Assembly (NCBI GenBank): GCA_905214465.1
Contig: CAJMMD010000001.1
Location: 487 to 64,486 of the forward strand
Direction: 5' to 3'
Length of the DNA: 64,000 nt
DNA from: an uncultured bacterium
GTDB lineage: Bacteria; Actinomycetota; Coriobacteriia; Coriobacteriales; Coriobacteriaceae
Positions 9,172-19,685 of the stretch are shown here, piece after piece. Made by a program: the position numbers and the translations under genes. The stretch's first letter is position 1. Each line of letters opens with the position of its first letter. The notes below the pieces were generated by a model. The model did no database searches and was not told where the DNA came from. It saw nothing but the letters and a program-made list of their open reading frames with translations.

Positions 9172-11616
9172 CTAGAACAAACTGCTCGCACGGGACAGGT
9201 AGACCCGCTTGATGACCGAAACGACAACAAGGTACAGCACACTGAGCAGTGCGACGACGCCCAAATACCACGCCGGTAAAGCGGCAAGACCGATCAGTTG
9301 CACCGCCGGACCCAGTGCGAGTAAGGCAGACGCGACAAGCATGATGCCGACCATCATCGCGAGCAAACGGCGCGGGCGATCAGCCCCGCGAACGCATCGT
9401 GTTCGCAAGACCAAAAGCACCAGCGACTCGGTCCATGCGCACTCCAGCAGCCAACCTGCTTGGAACATGGCAATAAAGGCCGCCCTACCCGCGTCGTCCA
9501 ACGCCATAAAAGATGCACCGCATACGGCGGGGCACACGCCAAAGAACAAAATGGCAAAGGTGATGATGTCAAAGGCCGAGCTCGCAAAGCCAAAATGGAG
9601 CATAAAGCCACCCAGGCCCTTGCCCGACCATGCCTTGGGGCGAGCAATCTCCTCGCCGTCAACGTTATCCCACGACAACGCCAGGCAGGTCGCGTCGTAA
9701 AGCAAGTTGAGCAAAAGCAGCTGAGTAGCGGTCGCCGGCACAAAGGGCAAGAAGATGCTGGCGGCAGCCACCGAACAAATATTGCCAAAGTTAGAACTCG
9801 ACGCGATGCGGATGTACTTGGAGGCGTTGGCGAACGAGGCCCTGCCCTCGCGTACGCCCTCGGCAACGACGCCCAGGTCGCGCTCGAGCAGCACGAGGTC
9901 GGCAACCTTCTTGGACTCGGCGGCGGCAGAATCCACAACGATACCGACGTCTGCCGCCGTAAGCGCCGGCACGTCATTCACGCCGTCGCCGATATAGCCG
10001 ACGGCATGGCCCGAAAGCCGGATGAGCCCTACGATACGCGCCTTTTGCGCGGGCGTGAGCTCGGCAAAGACGCGAGTCTGCCCCACCTGGATAAGCGCCT
10101 CGGACTCCTCCATGGCATCGAGCATGGCACCCGTGATGACGTTACCGGCGGGAATCCCAAGGCGTTTACAGGTAGAACGAGCGACCGACGCCGAATCACC
10201 GGTCAGCACGCGCACCTCGACAGACAGGTCGGAAAGTGACCGAATGGCAGCGTGGGCGCTAGCCTTTGGTCGGTCGAAGAAGCCCAGAAAACCGCACAGC
10301 ACCAGACCGTCCCAACCCGCCGCCGTCGTACTGTAGGCGACAGCGAGCACTTTGATGCCATCGGCACGCATATCCTCGGCAACCTCGTAGGCGCTCTGGC
10401 GCCCTTCTTCATTCATGGGAACGAGCTCGCCTTTAAAGCTCGCCCAGTCGCAATGTGCGCAAACGCTTTCGACCTCGCCCTTAACGATGGTCAGGCGGCT
10501 GTCGGGACGAGCAGGCAGCCCCAGACACCCAAGTGCCCCCGGTGTGGTGCCGAGCTTAACGCCCGACGCCTTGACAACGTGATCAAAGGGATCGGACGCA
10601 TACAGGGTAAATGCATGACCAAGATCTTTGGCAGCAAGGCGAAGCTCGGGTGCGGCACACGCATCGGCAATAGCCCGGTTAAGTTGATTGGCGACGGTCC
10701 CCTGATTCATACTCTCGAGATACGCCAAGTTGAGGGTCTGCTCGCTCTCGTTGCCCAGGATATCGGTGTAGTACTCAAGCACCGCGACATCTTCTGTCAG
10801 CGTTCCCGTCTTGTCCACGCACACTACGTCTATGGAGCCCAGCGACTCCATGGCATCGACGTTCTTAACGATGACTTGCTTGTTTTTGAGACGACGGGCG
10901 CTGCCCGACAGACAGACGCTCGTAACGACTGGAAGCATTTCGGGAACCAGACCAACGGCCGCTCCCAAAGCAAACAGCAGCGCTTGCGCCCAGTCGCCCA
11001 ACACGACGCCACGAATCGTAATGACAAACGGCAACACAATCAGCATGCACTTGACTAAAGCCGCGCAAATGCTCTTGGCCCCAACATTAAACTGCGTGGC
11101 AGGGCGGGCGCGCCGGCACGGCACGGCCTCATCCTTGTCGGCACATGCAAGAACGGTTGCCGAGGCCTTGCCATCAACAATAGTCGTCCCTGCGCGAACG
11201 GTCTCGCCCTCCCGCTTTGCGGTCTGGCCACTCTCGCCTGTAAGCGATGACTCGGAAACAAGAATGTGATTGCCCTGGGCAAGAATCGCATCGACCGGGC
11301 AGAGCATGCCAGCGTACAAGCGAATCACATCGCCAGGCACAAGCCGGTCGGCATTGACTTGAACCCAGCATGCGTCAACACGCTTCCAAACGGCCGCATG
11401 GCTCGCCCTCAGCATATGGCGATTGAAGGTGCGCATAGCCTCATTTTCATAGAACAGACGCACCAAGCCGCCGACCAGCCACATTGCAAACAACACAGTA
11501 GGCGCGAACACCCCCGTCTGGCCCTGCGCCTGCGGAACGACATCGACCAAAAAAGCCAAACCGGCCAGCGCAAGCAACAGGGACGAGAACGGATTGAAAA
11601 ATGATTTTTTAATCAT
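9172..11616 (-). CDS. P-type cation-transporting ATPase (MgtA-like paralog, shorter N-terminus)
   Basis: 814 aa. CVDKTGTLT, TGES, GDGVNDVPAL, and the C-terminal FLPFVPATATQLLLLNLLYD parallel to MgtA. Confidence 0.8.
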   Translation of the reverse strand: MIKKSFFNPFSSLLLALAGLAFLVDVVPQAQGQTGVFAPTVLFAMWLVGGLVRLFYENEAMRTFNRHMLRASHAAVWKRVDACWVQVNADRLVPGDVIRLYAGMLCPVDAILAQGNHILVSESSLTGESGQTAKREGETVRAGTTIVDGKASATVLACADKDEAVPCRRARPATQFNVGAKSICAALVKCMLIVLPFVITIRGVVLGDWAQALLFALGAAVGLVPEMLPVVTSVCLSGSARRLKNKQVIVKNVDAMESLGSIDVVCVDKTGTLTEDVAVLEYYTDILGNESEQTLNLAYLESMNQGTVANQLNRAIADACAAPELRLAAKDLGHAFTLYASDPFDHVVKASGVKLGTTPGALGCLGLPARPDSRLTIVKGEVESVCAHCDWASFKGELVPMNEEGRQSAYEVAEDMRADGIKVLAVAYSTTAAGWDGLVLCGFLGFFDRPKASAHAAIRSLSDLSVEVRVLTGDSASVARSTCKRLGIPAGNVITGAMLDAMEESEALIQVGQTRVFAELTPAQKARIVGLIRLSGHAVGYIGDGVNDVPALTAADVGIVVDSAAAESKKVADLVLLERDLGVVAEGVREGRASFANASKYIRIASSSNFGNICSVAAASIFLPFVPATATQLLLLNLLYDATCLALSWDNVDGEEIARPKAWSGKGLGGFMLHFGFASSAFDIITFAILFFGVCPAVCGASFMALDDAGRAAFIAMFQAGWLLECAWTESLVLLVLRTRCVRGADRPRRLLAMMVGIMLVASALLALGPAVQLIGLAALPAWYLGVVALLSVLYLVVVSVIKRVYLSRASSLF

Positions 11617-11878
11617 CAGAGCCTCTTTCTAGCATGGATTCGATTGTATCCGAGGCATATACCGGTATCCCCGCCCCACTCCTTGCGACTTCCTTGCTTT
11701 TGCATGCAACACATGTGACACAGGAACGGCCCCTTTGCCTTATTCCTTGATTTCCGGTTACCGCACACAAAGAACAAACGCCTGCTAATCATTTACGCTC
11801 AGGGACATGTGTACGCCACAGACGGAAAACGATGGGGATCGAGGGCTTCGCGCAGCAGCTCACCGAACATGACAAGAA

Positions 11879-12067
11879 GTGCATCCAGTGATACTGCACA
11901 TACCCAAAATCGCAGCAACTGTCCTCGTCATGGCGTTCGCAGTATGTCTGCTGAGGCTGCCACTCCGCATGACCAACGACATCGTATTTCGCCAAAAGGG
12001 TTTCCAACCAGCGGGAATGTATTCCGCAATCACACTCCCCGCAATCGCACTCACCATCTTTTGCTAA
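11879..12067 (+). CDS. Small membrane protein (62 aa), paralog of the N-terminal domain of the 13340-14473 protein
   Basis: GTG start. IAATVLVMAFAVCLLRLPLRMTNDIVFRQKGFQPAGMYSAITLPAIALTIFC aligns with residues ~20-75 of the 377-aa protein (VAGAALAMAFVLPLSIIPFEMVDDIVFHHEGFQETGMMTALVLTSIELVIFC). Confidence 0.4.
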   Translation: MHPVILHIPKIAATVLVMAFAVCLLRLPLRMTNDIVFRQKGFQPAGMYSAITLPAIALTIFC

Positions 12068-12175
12068 TGCGCCCTTGCACCGCGCTTTGGGATGCAGGAC
12101 AAACAGTGAAAGGAGCTGCAAGCAGGTTTACACTCTAGCTGCTGCTCTCAAACGCCGTCTACATCTCGAGGTCTA

Positions 12176-12345
12176 ATACTTTTCCCGAGAAGTGAACGGC
12201 TGTATTTGGGCCCCCGAAACATCGACATTTTTAGACGTTAAAACCGCAGGATTCGACTGGCAAAACCGCAGGAAATTGCACGCCAAAAGTGCCGATGCTT
12301 CGGGGGTCCGTTTTCACTCGTTCACTTCTCGGGAAAAGTATTTGA
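12176..12345. repeat. Long nested inverted repeat (24-bp perfect arms plus inner 13-bp arms) with an internal 12-nt direct repeat
   Basis: AATACTTTTCCCGAGAAGTGAACG at 12176-12199 and its exact reverse complement at 12320-12343. Inner arms cccccgaaacatcg / cgatgcttcggggg. The loop carries aaaaccgcagga twice. No ORF support. Confidence 0.5.
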
Positions 12346-12748
12346 CATCGATTTCGCAAGGGCCCCAATATGGCAAAGGGGCAGTCTCCTGCCGCATAAC
12401 GAGGCGCCCTATTGTCACTGGCAGAATCCATCCGAGGACTGTAAGGGGCACGCATTCCATAAGAGTTGAATCCAACAGCTAAAACCGATTCCACATGCAT
12501 GAAAACGCGCTCGGTATCAGGCAAAAAGCAGTGATGGCAAGGAGAGACGTCCCATTGCGACGGGCGCGAAAAGCATCCTTGCCAACGCCCAGGCAGCGCA
12601 TCGTATGCTCGGCAGGACCATCTGGCAAGCCGACATGGCAAACCCATCGAGCTGCCATGACACTTTAGCCGCATGACCATGCACTCATCGATGGCAGGAT
12701 TCCCTATACTGAGTCACATATGACGGTATCGCGCCAAAGGAGAACGCC

Positions 12749-13276
12749 GTGACCACGTCGCAGATATCCCTGCTCGCGCTCATCTCGGTTGGAGGCATCG
12801 GCATCCTGCTTATCGGAATGAGCACGCTCATGAAAGCCGCCGCCCGCAGGAAAGCCAAGGCCTGCACCGCTATGATCATGGGAACGGTCATTGACCACCG
12901 CTTTATGGGCGAAGGCAGAATGTATCCCGTTTTGGAGTACACCGTCGACGGCACGCGGTACCACGTGAGAAAACAATTCCGCGGCGTAAAGACCAAAAGC
13001 TTGTCGGGACTCCCCGTCCGCACGCAAAGCGCGGCGTACGAAGACGCCAAGGGCTGGTTGCACGTACAGACAGGACCCATCGCACGCCTAGATACTCTCG
13101 CAGAGCAGCTTTGGCCCCTCGGCAGCCAAATGACTGTGCACTACAACCCCAGCAGCCCAGACAAGAGCTATGTCGAGCGCCCCATCGTGGGCGACTTTGC
13201 CACGCTGATGTTTAACATCGCGGGTATCTTGCTCATCGCGCTGAGTATTTTGCTCTATGTTCTTATCCAGCGCTAG
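12749..13276 (+). CDS. Membrane protein (DUF3592-like topology: N- and C-terminal TM helices flanking a soluble domain)
   Basis: GTG start after aaaggag. 175 aa with a hydrophobic N-terminus (LLALISVGGIGILLIGM) and C-terminus (IAGILLIALSILLYVLI). Confidence 0.55.
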   Translation: MTTSQISLLALISVGGIGILLIGMSTLMKAAARRKAKACTAMIMGTVIDHRFMGEGRMYPVLEYTVDGTRYHVRKQFRGVKTKSLSGLPVRTQSAAYEDAKGWLHVQTGPIARLDTLAEQLWPLGSQMTVHYNPSSPDKSYVERPIVGDFATLMFNIAGILLIALSILLYVLIQR

Positions 13277-13339
13277 CTCAGACTGATACATCCCGCGCGC
13301 CGCGCGCCGTAATGACCGCCACGACTCCAAGGACCAGCT

Positions 13340-14473
13340 ATGGCAACACTCTCCGAACAAGAACGTAAGCGCATCCAGCGATACTGCATTTGCCCCAAGG
13401 TTGCCGGCGCGGCGCTTGCCATGGCATTCGTGCTGCCCTTATCGATCATTCCTTTCGAAATGGTCGACGACATCGTCTTCCATCACGAAGGCTTCCAAGA
13501 GACAGGCATGATGACCGCCTTGGTGCTCACCTCCATCGAGCTCGTTATATTCTGCTACTGCGCTCTCGCCCCGCGCTTTGGCATGCGTGGCAAGCAGTGG
13601 AAGGAAATGCAGCGCCGGCTCGCCGTCGAGCAGAGCGAGAAAGACCGCTCGGCACAAATCGCAGGCGTTGTTGGCACGCAGGCCGCCGCGCGCCTGCTCA
13701 AGAACAGCGACAACGAGACCGCGCGCAACCTGGGCGGCGCGGCAGAAGTCGCCGCTGCCGTAGGCGCCGTTGCCACCGCGGCAGACGTGCTTACCGAGAG
13801 CTTCGCCAACGCGAAGGCTATGGCAGAGGCCTGTGGCGTGCCTGTCCCCCGTGCAAAGAAGTGGGTCATCGCGCTTGTGGCGCTGCCCCTCGCGATCGTA
13901 TGCGGCGCCTATATCCCGCAGCTGGCGCAGGGAAACATCGAGATGCAGGAGAACGCCGCGGCCGCGGCTGAGCAGATCGCCATTGCTCGCAAGGCATTAG
14001 AGCCCTCATGCGAGTACGTGTCCGCCGATGACCCCTACGAGCGATATCAAGATTACGGCTATCACGTCCGCGGTTATCTGCACGACGGCGACTCCGATAC
14101 CCAAAAGACCTATACGTACCTGGATTTTGACAACAAGGGGACACTCACGGAAGTGAGCTACGCGGCAGAGGTCGACCCCGGCGCGAGCCTCGAGGACAAC
14201 CTTACCCGTATCGAGCTCGACCTTGACGAGCTTTCCTCTGCCGTCCAAACCATAGACGTCAAGACCACAAGCCCCGAGCTCCTAGCAGCGCAGAAGCTCC
14301 CCGAAGAGTTTAGGCAGGCTTTTTTGAACGGCTCGCTCTACGAGAGAATCTCTATCAGGACGAATGACGGCCCCGTCAAAGCGTATTACTCGTTTGATAC
14401 GGAACCCGAGGACGAGTTTGACGAGCATACCCATCCAGCCATCCGCATCACGCTGATGAGCAAAACGAACTAG
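13340..14473 (+). CDS. Hypothetical membrane-anchored protein (377 aa)
   Basis: N-terminal TM hairpin domain, an Ala-rich linker, a second TM segment, and a C-terminal acidic soluble domain. No recognisable family. Confidence 0.55.
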   Translation: MATLSEQERKRIQRYCICPKVAGAALAMAFVLPLSIIPFEMVDDIVFHHEGFQETGMMTALVLTSIELVIFCYCALAPRFGMRGKQWKEMQRRLAVEQSEKDRSAQIAGVVGTQAAARLLKNSDNETARNLGGAAEVAAAVGAVATAADVLTESFANAKAMAEACGVPVPRAKKWVIALVALPLAIVCGAYIPQLAQGNIEMQENAAAAAEQIAIARKALEPSCEYVSADDPYERYQDYGYHVRGYLHDGDSDTQKTYTYLDFDNKGTLTEVSYAAEVDPGASLEDNLTRIELDLDELSSAVQTIDVKTTSPELLAAQKLPEEFRQAFLNGSLYERISIRTNDGPVKAYYSFDTEPEDEFDEHTHPAIRITLMSKTN

Positions 14474-14487
14474 GTGCAGGGAGATGA

Positions 14488-14518
14488 ATGTGATAAAGGG
14501 GCTGTCCCTTTGTCACAT
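14488..14518. repeat. 31-bp palindrome family, site 2 (imperfect: atgtgataaaggggctgtccctttgtcacat)
   Basis: Lies between the convergent 13340-14473 (+) and ABC transporter (-) genes and probably also serves as a bidirectional terminator. Confidence 0.65.
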
Positions 14519-17500
14519 CATTCGGAGCGCAGGGCTTCCACGGGGTCTTTCTTGGATGCGCTGCGGGCCGGCAGCAGGCCAGCGACAACCGTCAGCAACA
14601 CCGAAATCGCGATGAGCACCAGCGCATCCTGCACGGGCAGGCTCATCAGATTGGGGACCTGTTTGACCGCAAGCGCCCAGGCATTGACCGGAAAACTCAC
14701 GAGCACCACGACGACGATGGCGAAGACGCCAGCAATGAGGCCTTCGATGAAAGTCTCGGCGTTGAACACGTTGGCCACATTGCGCTTCGACGCGCCGATC
14801 GCGCGCAGGATGCCAATCTCCTTTTTACGTTCCAGCACGCTGATGTAGGTGATGATGCCGATCATGATGGAGCTGACGACCAAGCTGATGCTCACAAATG
14901 CGATGAGCACCAAGCTGATGGTGTTCACGATGTCGGTTACCGAACCCATGATAATGCCCATGTAGTCGGTGTACGAGATTGCCTGCTCGTCGTGGCCGGC
15001 GGCTTTGACCTGCTTGTTATACGCATCGATGTGATCGAGTACGCGCTCCTTGGCCTCAAAGTCGCGCGGGAAAATCTTAACCGAGATGGGATCTGCCTCA
15101 TCCGCATAGCCCAACGTGGTCAGATTGTTGTCGTAGGTGAGCTGCGACGCCTTGGCATAGCTCATCATGAGCGAACTCAGGTCCTCAGCGTCCATGTTAA
15201 AGTGGATAGCGCGAGCAAAGGCGTTCGCATCCACGCGCATGGCGCTCGCCAGGTTGGCAAAACTCGAAGACATCTGCGTCGCCATCTGGTCCATAAGCCC
15301 TGCCGCGCCCGCCTTGAGCTGAGCTGATACCGTCGTGGCAATCTGCTCGCTGACCGCCTTCATCACCTGATCCATAGACTGCTGCAAATACGGAGCCAGC
15401 TGCTTTTGCACATAGTCGCCCATCACCTGCTGCAGACGCTCGGCCAGGGCATCGCCGCCGAGCGCCCTGAGCTGAGCCAGGTATTGCTGGGCTGCGACAT
15501 CATTCTCAAGATACGACGAGAACGCGGCGGCGAGCTTCGACGCGTCCTTAAGATCTTCGGGCGACAGCGCCTTAAACTGATCAGACTGCAAAAAGCCCTC
15601 AAACAGTTGGTTGACAAGCGTTCCCACCTGCTGCATTTGCTCGGGCGTGAGCTCCAGACCGTCAAAGATGCCCGAGAAATCTGGGGCCGGTGCTTTTGCC
15701 ATGATGCTGCTGAAGTCGATGTCCTTGCCAACGCCCGAAAGGTCAATATCCAGGCCCGACAAATCGATGCCCGAAAGATCCATGCCACCGGCAGCACCCG
15801 AGAGTGCAGATGCATCGAACGAGAACGCGCTCTTCAACGCCGCCTCGTCCACACTGAACATGCTGCCCAGATCCACGCCCTGCTTGGCCTCGCCCTGCAG
15901 TTCATCGAAAGATTTGCCCGTAAAGACATCCGTCTCGTGGTGGACAAGCTGCTCCTGCACGATCTGCGAATCGGCGGCGCGCTTCATAAGCTGGCAAGTC
16001 AGCGCATGCGTATAGGCAATGCCCGGAGTCAATGCGCTCGCGTTGGCCGTCTCGTTGGGTCGCACCACGCCCACAATGCGCACGTCAATACCGTCGGCAA
16101 CCTTGGCCGCCATAAAGTCGGCATCGCCAGACATGTCAGTCCACATGCCGGTCTCTTCGTTTTTGCGATAGGCATCGGACGGCGACAGCACCTTAAACGT
16201 CGTGGACAGCGCATCGTCGTAGGTAAAGTCGGTGCCGGCCTTGGGCGTCTCGACCTTGCCGTCGGCCGTCATGGCACTGTTAACCAGGTCGTTGAGCTCA
16301 TCGATATCCAGCGCACCGATGCTGTAGAGCGTGTAGTCACCCACCGTGCCGCGGCTCGAAAGCACCATCACGGCCTCGTTGGCAGACGTAGGCCAATGGC
16401 CGGCAACGACATCGTACTGGCTGTCGAGCAGGCTCTGGTCGTCAATCATCTCGTTAAAGACCGAGGTTCCCATGGAATCCATGCTCACCGTTGCCGCCGA
16501 ACTCGCGCCGCCGCTCATGGCCTCGGTCATAGCGTTGGGCACCAGCCGGACAGGCTTCTCATCGCCCTTGCCCGCACGATAGACAACCGGCGTCACGCCG
16601 TAGCCGTACTGGATAGCGTTGACCTCTTTATTGATACCGTCGCCGTCGTCGTCAAGCCATGCCTTAAAGCTTGTCATATCGTTAGATTTAACACTTGCGA
16701 ACATGTCCTTTACGGCTGTGACCACAGGGATCTTGTCGGTTCCCTTAGCTTTGCCACCGGTAGCGTCATCGGACGAGCCCTCGCCCTTGGACGCCTCCTC
16801 ATCGGTAGCCCCATGGCCGCCCATCATGGACGACAGGTCGTAGTCTTGTTTGGAAATCGTCAGCGGGTAGCTCGAGAGCGTGTCCTCCTCGACCTTTTTG
16901 ATGTAGTCGTTTACGCCGTTGGACAGCGCCAGGATCGCCGCAATGCCGATAATGCCAATCGAGCCCGCAAAGGCCGTCATGGCCGTGCGACCCTTCTTGG
17001 TCATGAGGTTTCGGGCAGAAAGCCCCAGCGCCGTCACAAAGCTCATCGAGGTTTTGCGCGTGGGCTTGGCCTCGCGACGCGCGGCCTCGGCAGCATCAAA
17101 GGGATCTGAATCGTCGGTGATCTTGCCGTCCGCCAGGGTGACGATGCGCGTGGCGTACTTGTACGCCAGCTCGGGATTGTGCGTGACCATGATGACCAGA
17201 CGGTCGCGCGCAACGTCCTTGAGCAAATCCATGACCTGCACGGATGTCGTTGAGTCCAAGGCGCCGGTCGGCTCGTCAGCCAGCACAATCTCGGGATCGT
17301 TGATCAGGGCGCGGGCAATAGCCACGCGCTGCATCTGGCCGCCCGATAGCTGGCTCGGGCGCTTGTTAACGTGCTCGCCCAGACCGACTGCCTCAAGCGC
17401 CTTGCGTGCACGCTGGCGGCGCTCGGCATGCCCCACGCCCGTGAGCGTAAGCGCCAATTCCACGTTTTCCAAAATGGTCTGATGCGGAATGAGGTTGTAG

Positions 17501-17781
17501 CTCTGAAACACAAAGCCAATGCGATTGTTTCTGTAGGCATCCCAATCGCGGTCGCTGAAGTCCTTGGTCGAGATGCCATCGATCAACAGGTCGCCGGAAT
17601 CGAAATGGTCGAGTCCACCAATGACGTTGAGCATCGTAGTTTTACCCGAACCCGAGGGACCCAGGATGGCTACAAACTCGTTATCGCGAAAAGACAGGCT
17701 TACGCTGTCGAGCGCTACCTGCGTAAACGACTGCGTAACGTACCTTTTGCAAATATCTCTGAGATCCAGCATGGACGGCAA
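14518..17781 (-). CDS. Fused ABC transporter (N-terminal ATPase plus large extracytoplasmic domain plus C-terminal FtsX/MacB-type permease)
   Basis: 1087 aa. Walker [10 protein letters not shown], signature [15 protein letters not shown], Walker [13 protein letters not shown], then TM/periplasmic regions and C-terminal FtsX-like helices. Confidence 0.85.
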   Translation of the reverse strand: MPSMLDLRDICKRYVTQSFTQVALDSVSLSFRDNEFVAILGPSGSGKTTMLNVIGGLDHFDSGDLLIDGISTKDFSDRDWDAYRNNRIGFVFQSYNLIPHQTILENVELALTLTGVGHAERRQRARKALEAVGLGEHVNKRPSQLSGGQMQRVAIARALINDPEIVLADEPTGALDSTTSVQVMDLLKDVARDRLVIMVTHNPELAYKYATRIVTLADGKITDDSDPFDAAEAARREAKPTRKTSMSFVTALGLSARNLMTKKGRTAMTAFAGSIGIIGIAAILALSNGVNDYIKKVEEDTLSSYPLTISKQDYDLSSMMGGHGATDEEASKGEGSSDDATGGKAKGTDKIPVVTAVKDMFASVKSNDMTSFKAWLDDDGDGINKEVNAIQYGYGVTPVVYRAGKGDEKPVRLVPNAMTEAMSGGASSAATVSMDSMGTSVFNEMIDDQSLLDSQYDVVAGHWPTSANEAVMVLSSRGTVGDYTLYSIGALDIDELNDLVNSAMTADGKVETPKAGTDFTYDDALSTTFKVLSPSDAYRKNEETGMWTDMSGDADFMAAKVADGIDVRIVGVVRPNETANASALTPGIAYTHALTCQLMKRAADSQIVQEQLVHHETDVFTGKSFDELQGEAKQGVDLGSMFSVDEAALKSAFSFDASALSGAAGGMDLSGIDLSGLDIDLSGVGKDIDFSSIMAKAPAPDFSGIFDGLELTPEQMQQVGTLVNQLFEGFLQSDQFKALSPEDLKDASKLAAAFSSYLENDVAAQQYLAQLRALGGDALAERLQQVMGDYVQKQLAPYLQQSMDQVMKAVSEQIATTVSAQLKAGAAGLMDQMATQMSSSFANLASAMRVDANAFARAIHFNMDAEDLSSLMMSYAKASQLTYDNNLTTLGYADEADPISVKIFPRDFEAKERVLDHIDAYNKQVKAAGHDEQAISYTDYMGIIMGSVTDIVNTISLVLIAFVSISLVVSSIMIGIITYISVLERKKEIGILRAIGASKRNVANVFNAETFIEGLIAGVFAIVVVVLVSFPVNAWALAVKQVPNLMSLPVQDALVLIAISVLLTVVAGLLPARSASKKDPVEALRSE

Positions 17782-17885
17782 CCTCTCTCGCGCGGGCGCG
17801 CTCGCCCGCTCCCCCGCCGTTCACGTTCGGCGCGCTTGTCCTACTCTATCCTCATTTTTGGCCGATACCAGGGAGGAATGTAACG

Positions 17886-17982
17886 AACCGCGCCAAAAAA
17901 CGAACGGGACAGCACGCCGCATGGCGCACCATCCCGCATATAACATCCCCGATGTGACAAAGAGGCTGTCACTTTGTCACAT
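17886..17982. repeat. Extended ~100-bp repeat element (conserved 5' part plus 31-bp palindrome), site 3
   Basis: aacgaacgggacagcacgccgcatggcgcaccatcccgcatataacatc...atgtgacaaagaggctgtcactttgtcacat is shared nearly base-for-base with 23869-23951. Confidence 0.65.
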
Positions 17983-17993
17983 TCCAATGCGCG

Positions 17994-19685
17994 CTACTTT
18001 TCGAGCCCGCACGGCATAACGTTAGCGCTGCCGCGGCGAGCCTCAGTCACGGCTGCAAAGAAGCGATAGCCGCCCGAGAAGTTAAAACACTCAAAGCCAT
18101 GCTGCGCCAAAATGCGGCAAGCAATGTAGCTGCGAATGCCGCTCTGGCAAATCACGTAAACCGGCTTGGCCCGGTCGAGCTCGCCCAGGCGATTGCGCAG
18201 ATCATCGACGGGAATGTTTACGAAACCATCGATATGCCCGCGCTCATACTCCCCTTCCGTACGAACATCGAGCAGCTGCACGCTGCCATCGCGTGGCAAG
18301 TTGGGCTCATCCTCCCAATGCCACTGCGCCAGTATGCCGCGATTGAGGTTCTCGATCATAAAGCCCGCCATATTGACGGGATCCTTCGCCGATGAATACG
18401 GCGGCGCGTATGCTAGGTCCAAATCCTTAAGCCTATCGCCGCGCATGCCTGCCTGGATGGCAGTCGCCAGAACGTCGATACGCTTGTCCACACCATCGAT
18501 GCCCACGATTTGCGCACCCAGCAGGCGCAATCCCTGCTTCTCGAAGATAACCTTCATGGTCATGGGCGTTGCACCCGGATAATAACCCGCATGCGAACCG
18601 GGCGACAGGACCACGCTGTCGCAGTCAATTCCCGCCGCGTGTGCTGCCTTTTCGGATAGTCCCGTGCTTGCCGCCGTCAAGTCGAATACCTTGATAACCG
18701 ATGAGCCCAACGATCCGCGGTAGCAGCTGTCCATGCCGGCTATGACATCGGCGACGACACGCCCCTGCTTGTTGGCGGGGCCGGCGAGCGAAATGACCGC
18801 GTCCTCGCCGGTCACCTGATGCGTGACCTGCACGGCATCGCCCACGGCATACACGTCGGCAGCAGAGGTCTCCATGCGGTCGTTGACCACAATAGCCCCC
18901 TTGATGCCCAGTTCGAGCCCCGCCTCTTGCGCCAGATGGCTCTCAGGTGCCACGCCAATGGCAAGCAGCACCATATCGGCTCCGATAGGGTCATCGCCCG
19001 CAACATGGGTGACAACGCGGCCATCAACTTCCTCAAAACCTGTCACATCGGCCTTGAGGCGCAGATCGATACCGTGCTCACGCACCTCGGTATGCAAAAG
19101 GGTCGCCATGTCGTAATCCAGGTTGTTCATAAGCTGGACGGGACGCTGCAGAAGGGTCACCTGGAGCCCCAGCTCGCACAGATTCTCCGCCGTCTCGACG
19201 CCAATGAAGCCGCCGCCGATCACGACGGCACTGCTCGGTCGCCGCTCTCGAACATAGCTGTGAATACGCAGCGTGTCCTCAACGGTGCGTAGGCTAAAGA
19301 TTTTATCCGAGTCGATGCCCGGCAACGCAGGGCGAATCGGCTTTGCACCCGGCGACAGGATGAGCTTGTCATACGTCTCGACAAATTCCTCGCCCGTCAG
19401 CATATTGCGAACCTCGACCGTATGCGAATCGGGATGGATGGCAAACACCTCGTGACTCGTCTTGACCGCAATGCGAAAGCGATCCCAAAAGCCCTTGGGA
19501 GACTGCAGCGTCAATGCGCTCTCTTCTTCTATCACGCCGCCAATGTAGTACGGAAGCCCACAGTTGGCATACGATACAAAACCCGTGCGCTCAAAGATGA
19601 CAATTTGGGCCTGCTCGTCGAGTCTGCGCAAACGTGCGGCCGCCGATGCGCCGCCTGCGACGCCTCCAACGATAACCACCTTCAT
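17994..19685 (-). CDS. CoA-disulfide reductase / NADH oxidase with a C-terminal rhodanese domain (CoADR-RHD)
   Basis: MKVVIVGGVAGGASAA FAD-binding start, redox-active SYANCGLPY, and a C-terminal rhodanese (VYVICQSGIRS). The ATG at 19685 is preferred over the TTG at 19691. Confidence 0.85.
   Translation of the reverse strand: MKVVIVGGVAGGASAAARLRRLDEQAQIVIFERTGFVSYANCGLPYYIGGVIEEESALTLQSPKGFWDRFRIAVKTSHEVFAIHPDSHTVEVRNMLTGEEFVETYDKLILSPGAKPIRPALPGIDSDKIFSLRTVEDTLRIHSYVRERRPSSAVVIGGGFIGVETAENLCELGLQVTLLQRPVQLMNNLDYDMATLLHTEVREHGIDLRLKADVTGFEEVDGRVVTHVAGDDPIGADMVLLAIGVAPESHLAQEAGLELGIKGAIVVNDRMETSAADVYAVGDAVQVTHQVTGEDAVISLAGPANKQGRVVADVIAGMDSCYRGSLGSSVIKVFDLTAASTGLSEKAAHAAGIDCDSVVLSPGSHAGYYPGATPMTMKVIFEKQGLRLLGAQIVGIDGVDKRIDVLATAIQAGMRGDRLKDLDLAYAPPYSSAKDPVNMAGFMIENLNRGILAQWHWEDEPNLPRDGSVQLLDVRTEGEYERGHIDGFVNIPVDDLRNRLGELDRAKPVYVICQSGIRSYIACRILAQHGFECFNFSGGYRFFAAVTEARRGSANVMPCGLEK

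Noticed and set aside
11789-12121. Cys-rich 110-aa ORF on the minus strand
   Set aside because: Antisense to the small membrane ORF that has a clear paralog downstream. Considered a shadow ORF.
12192-12680. ORFs 12192-12482 + and 12231-12680 - in the gene-free region
   Set aside because: They overlap each other on opposite strands and span the long inverted repeat. They have no RBS or domain signal. They were treated as non-coding.
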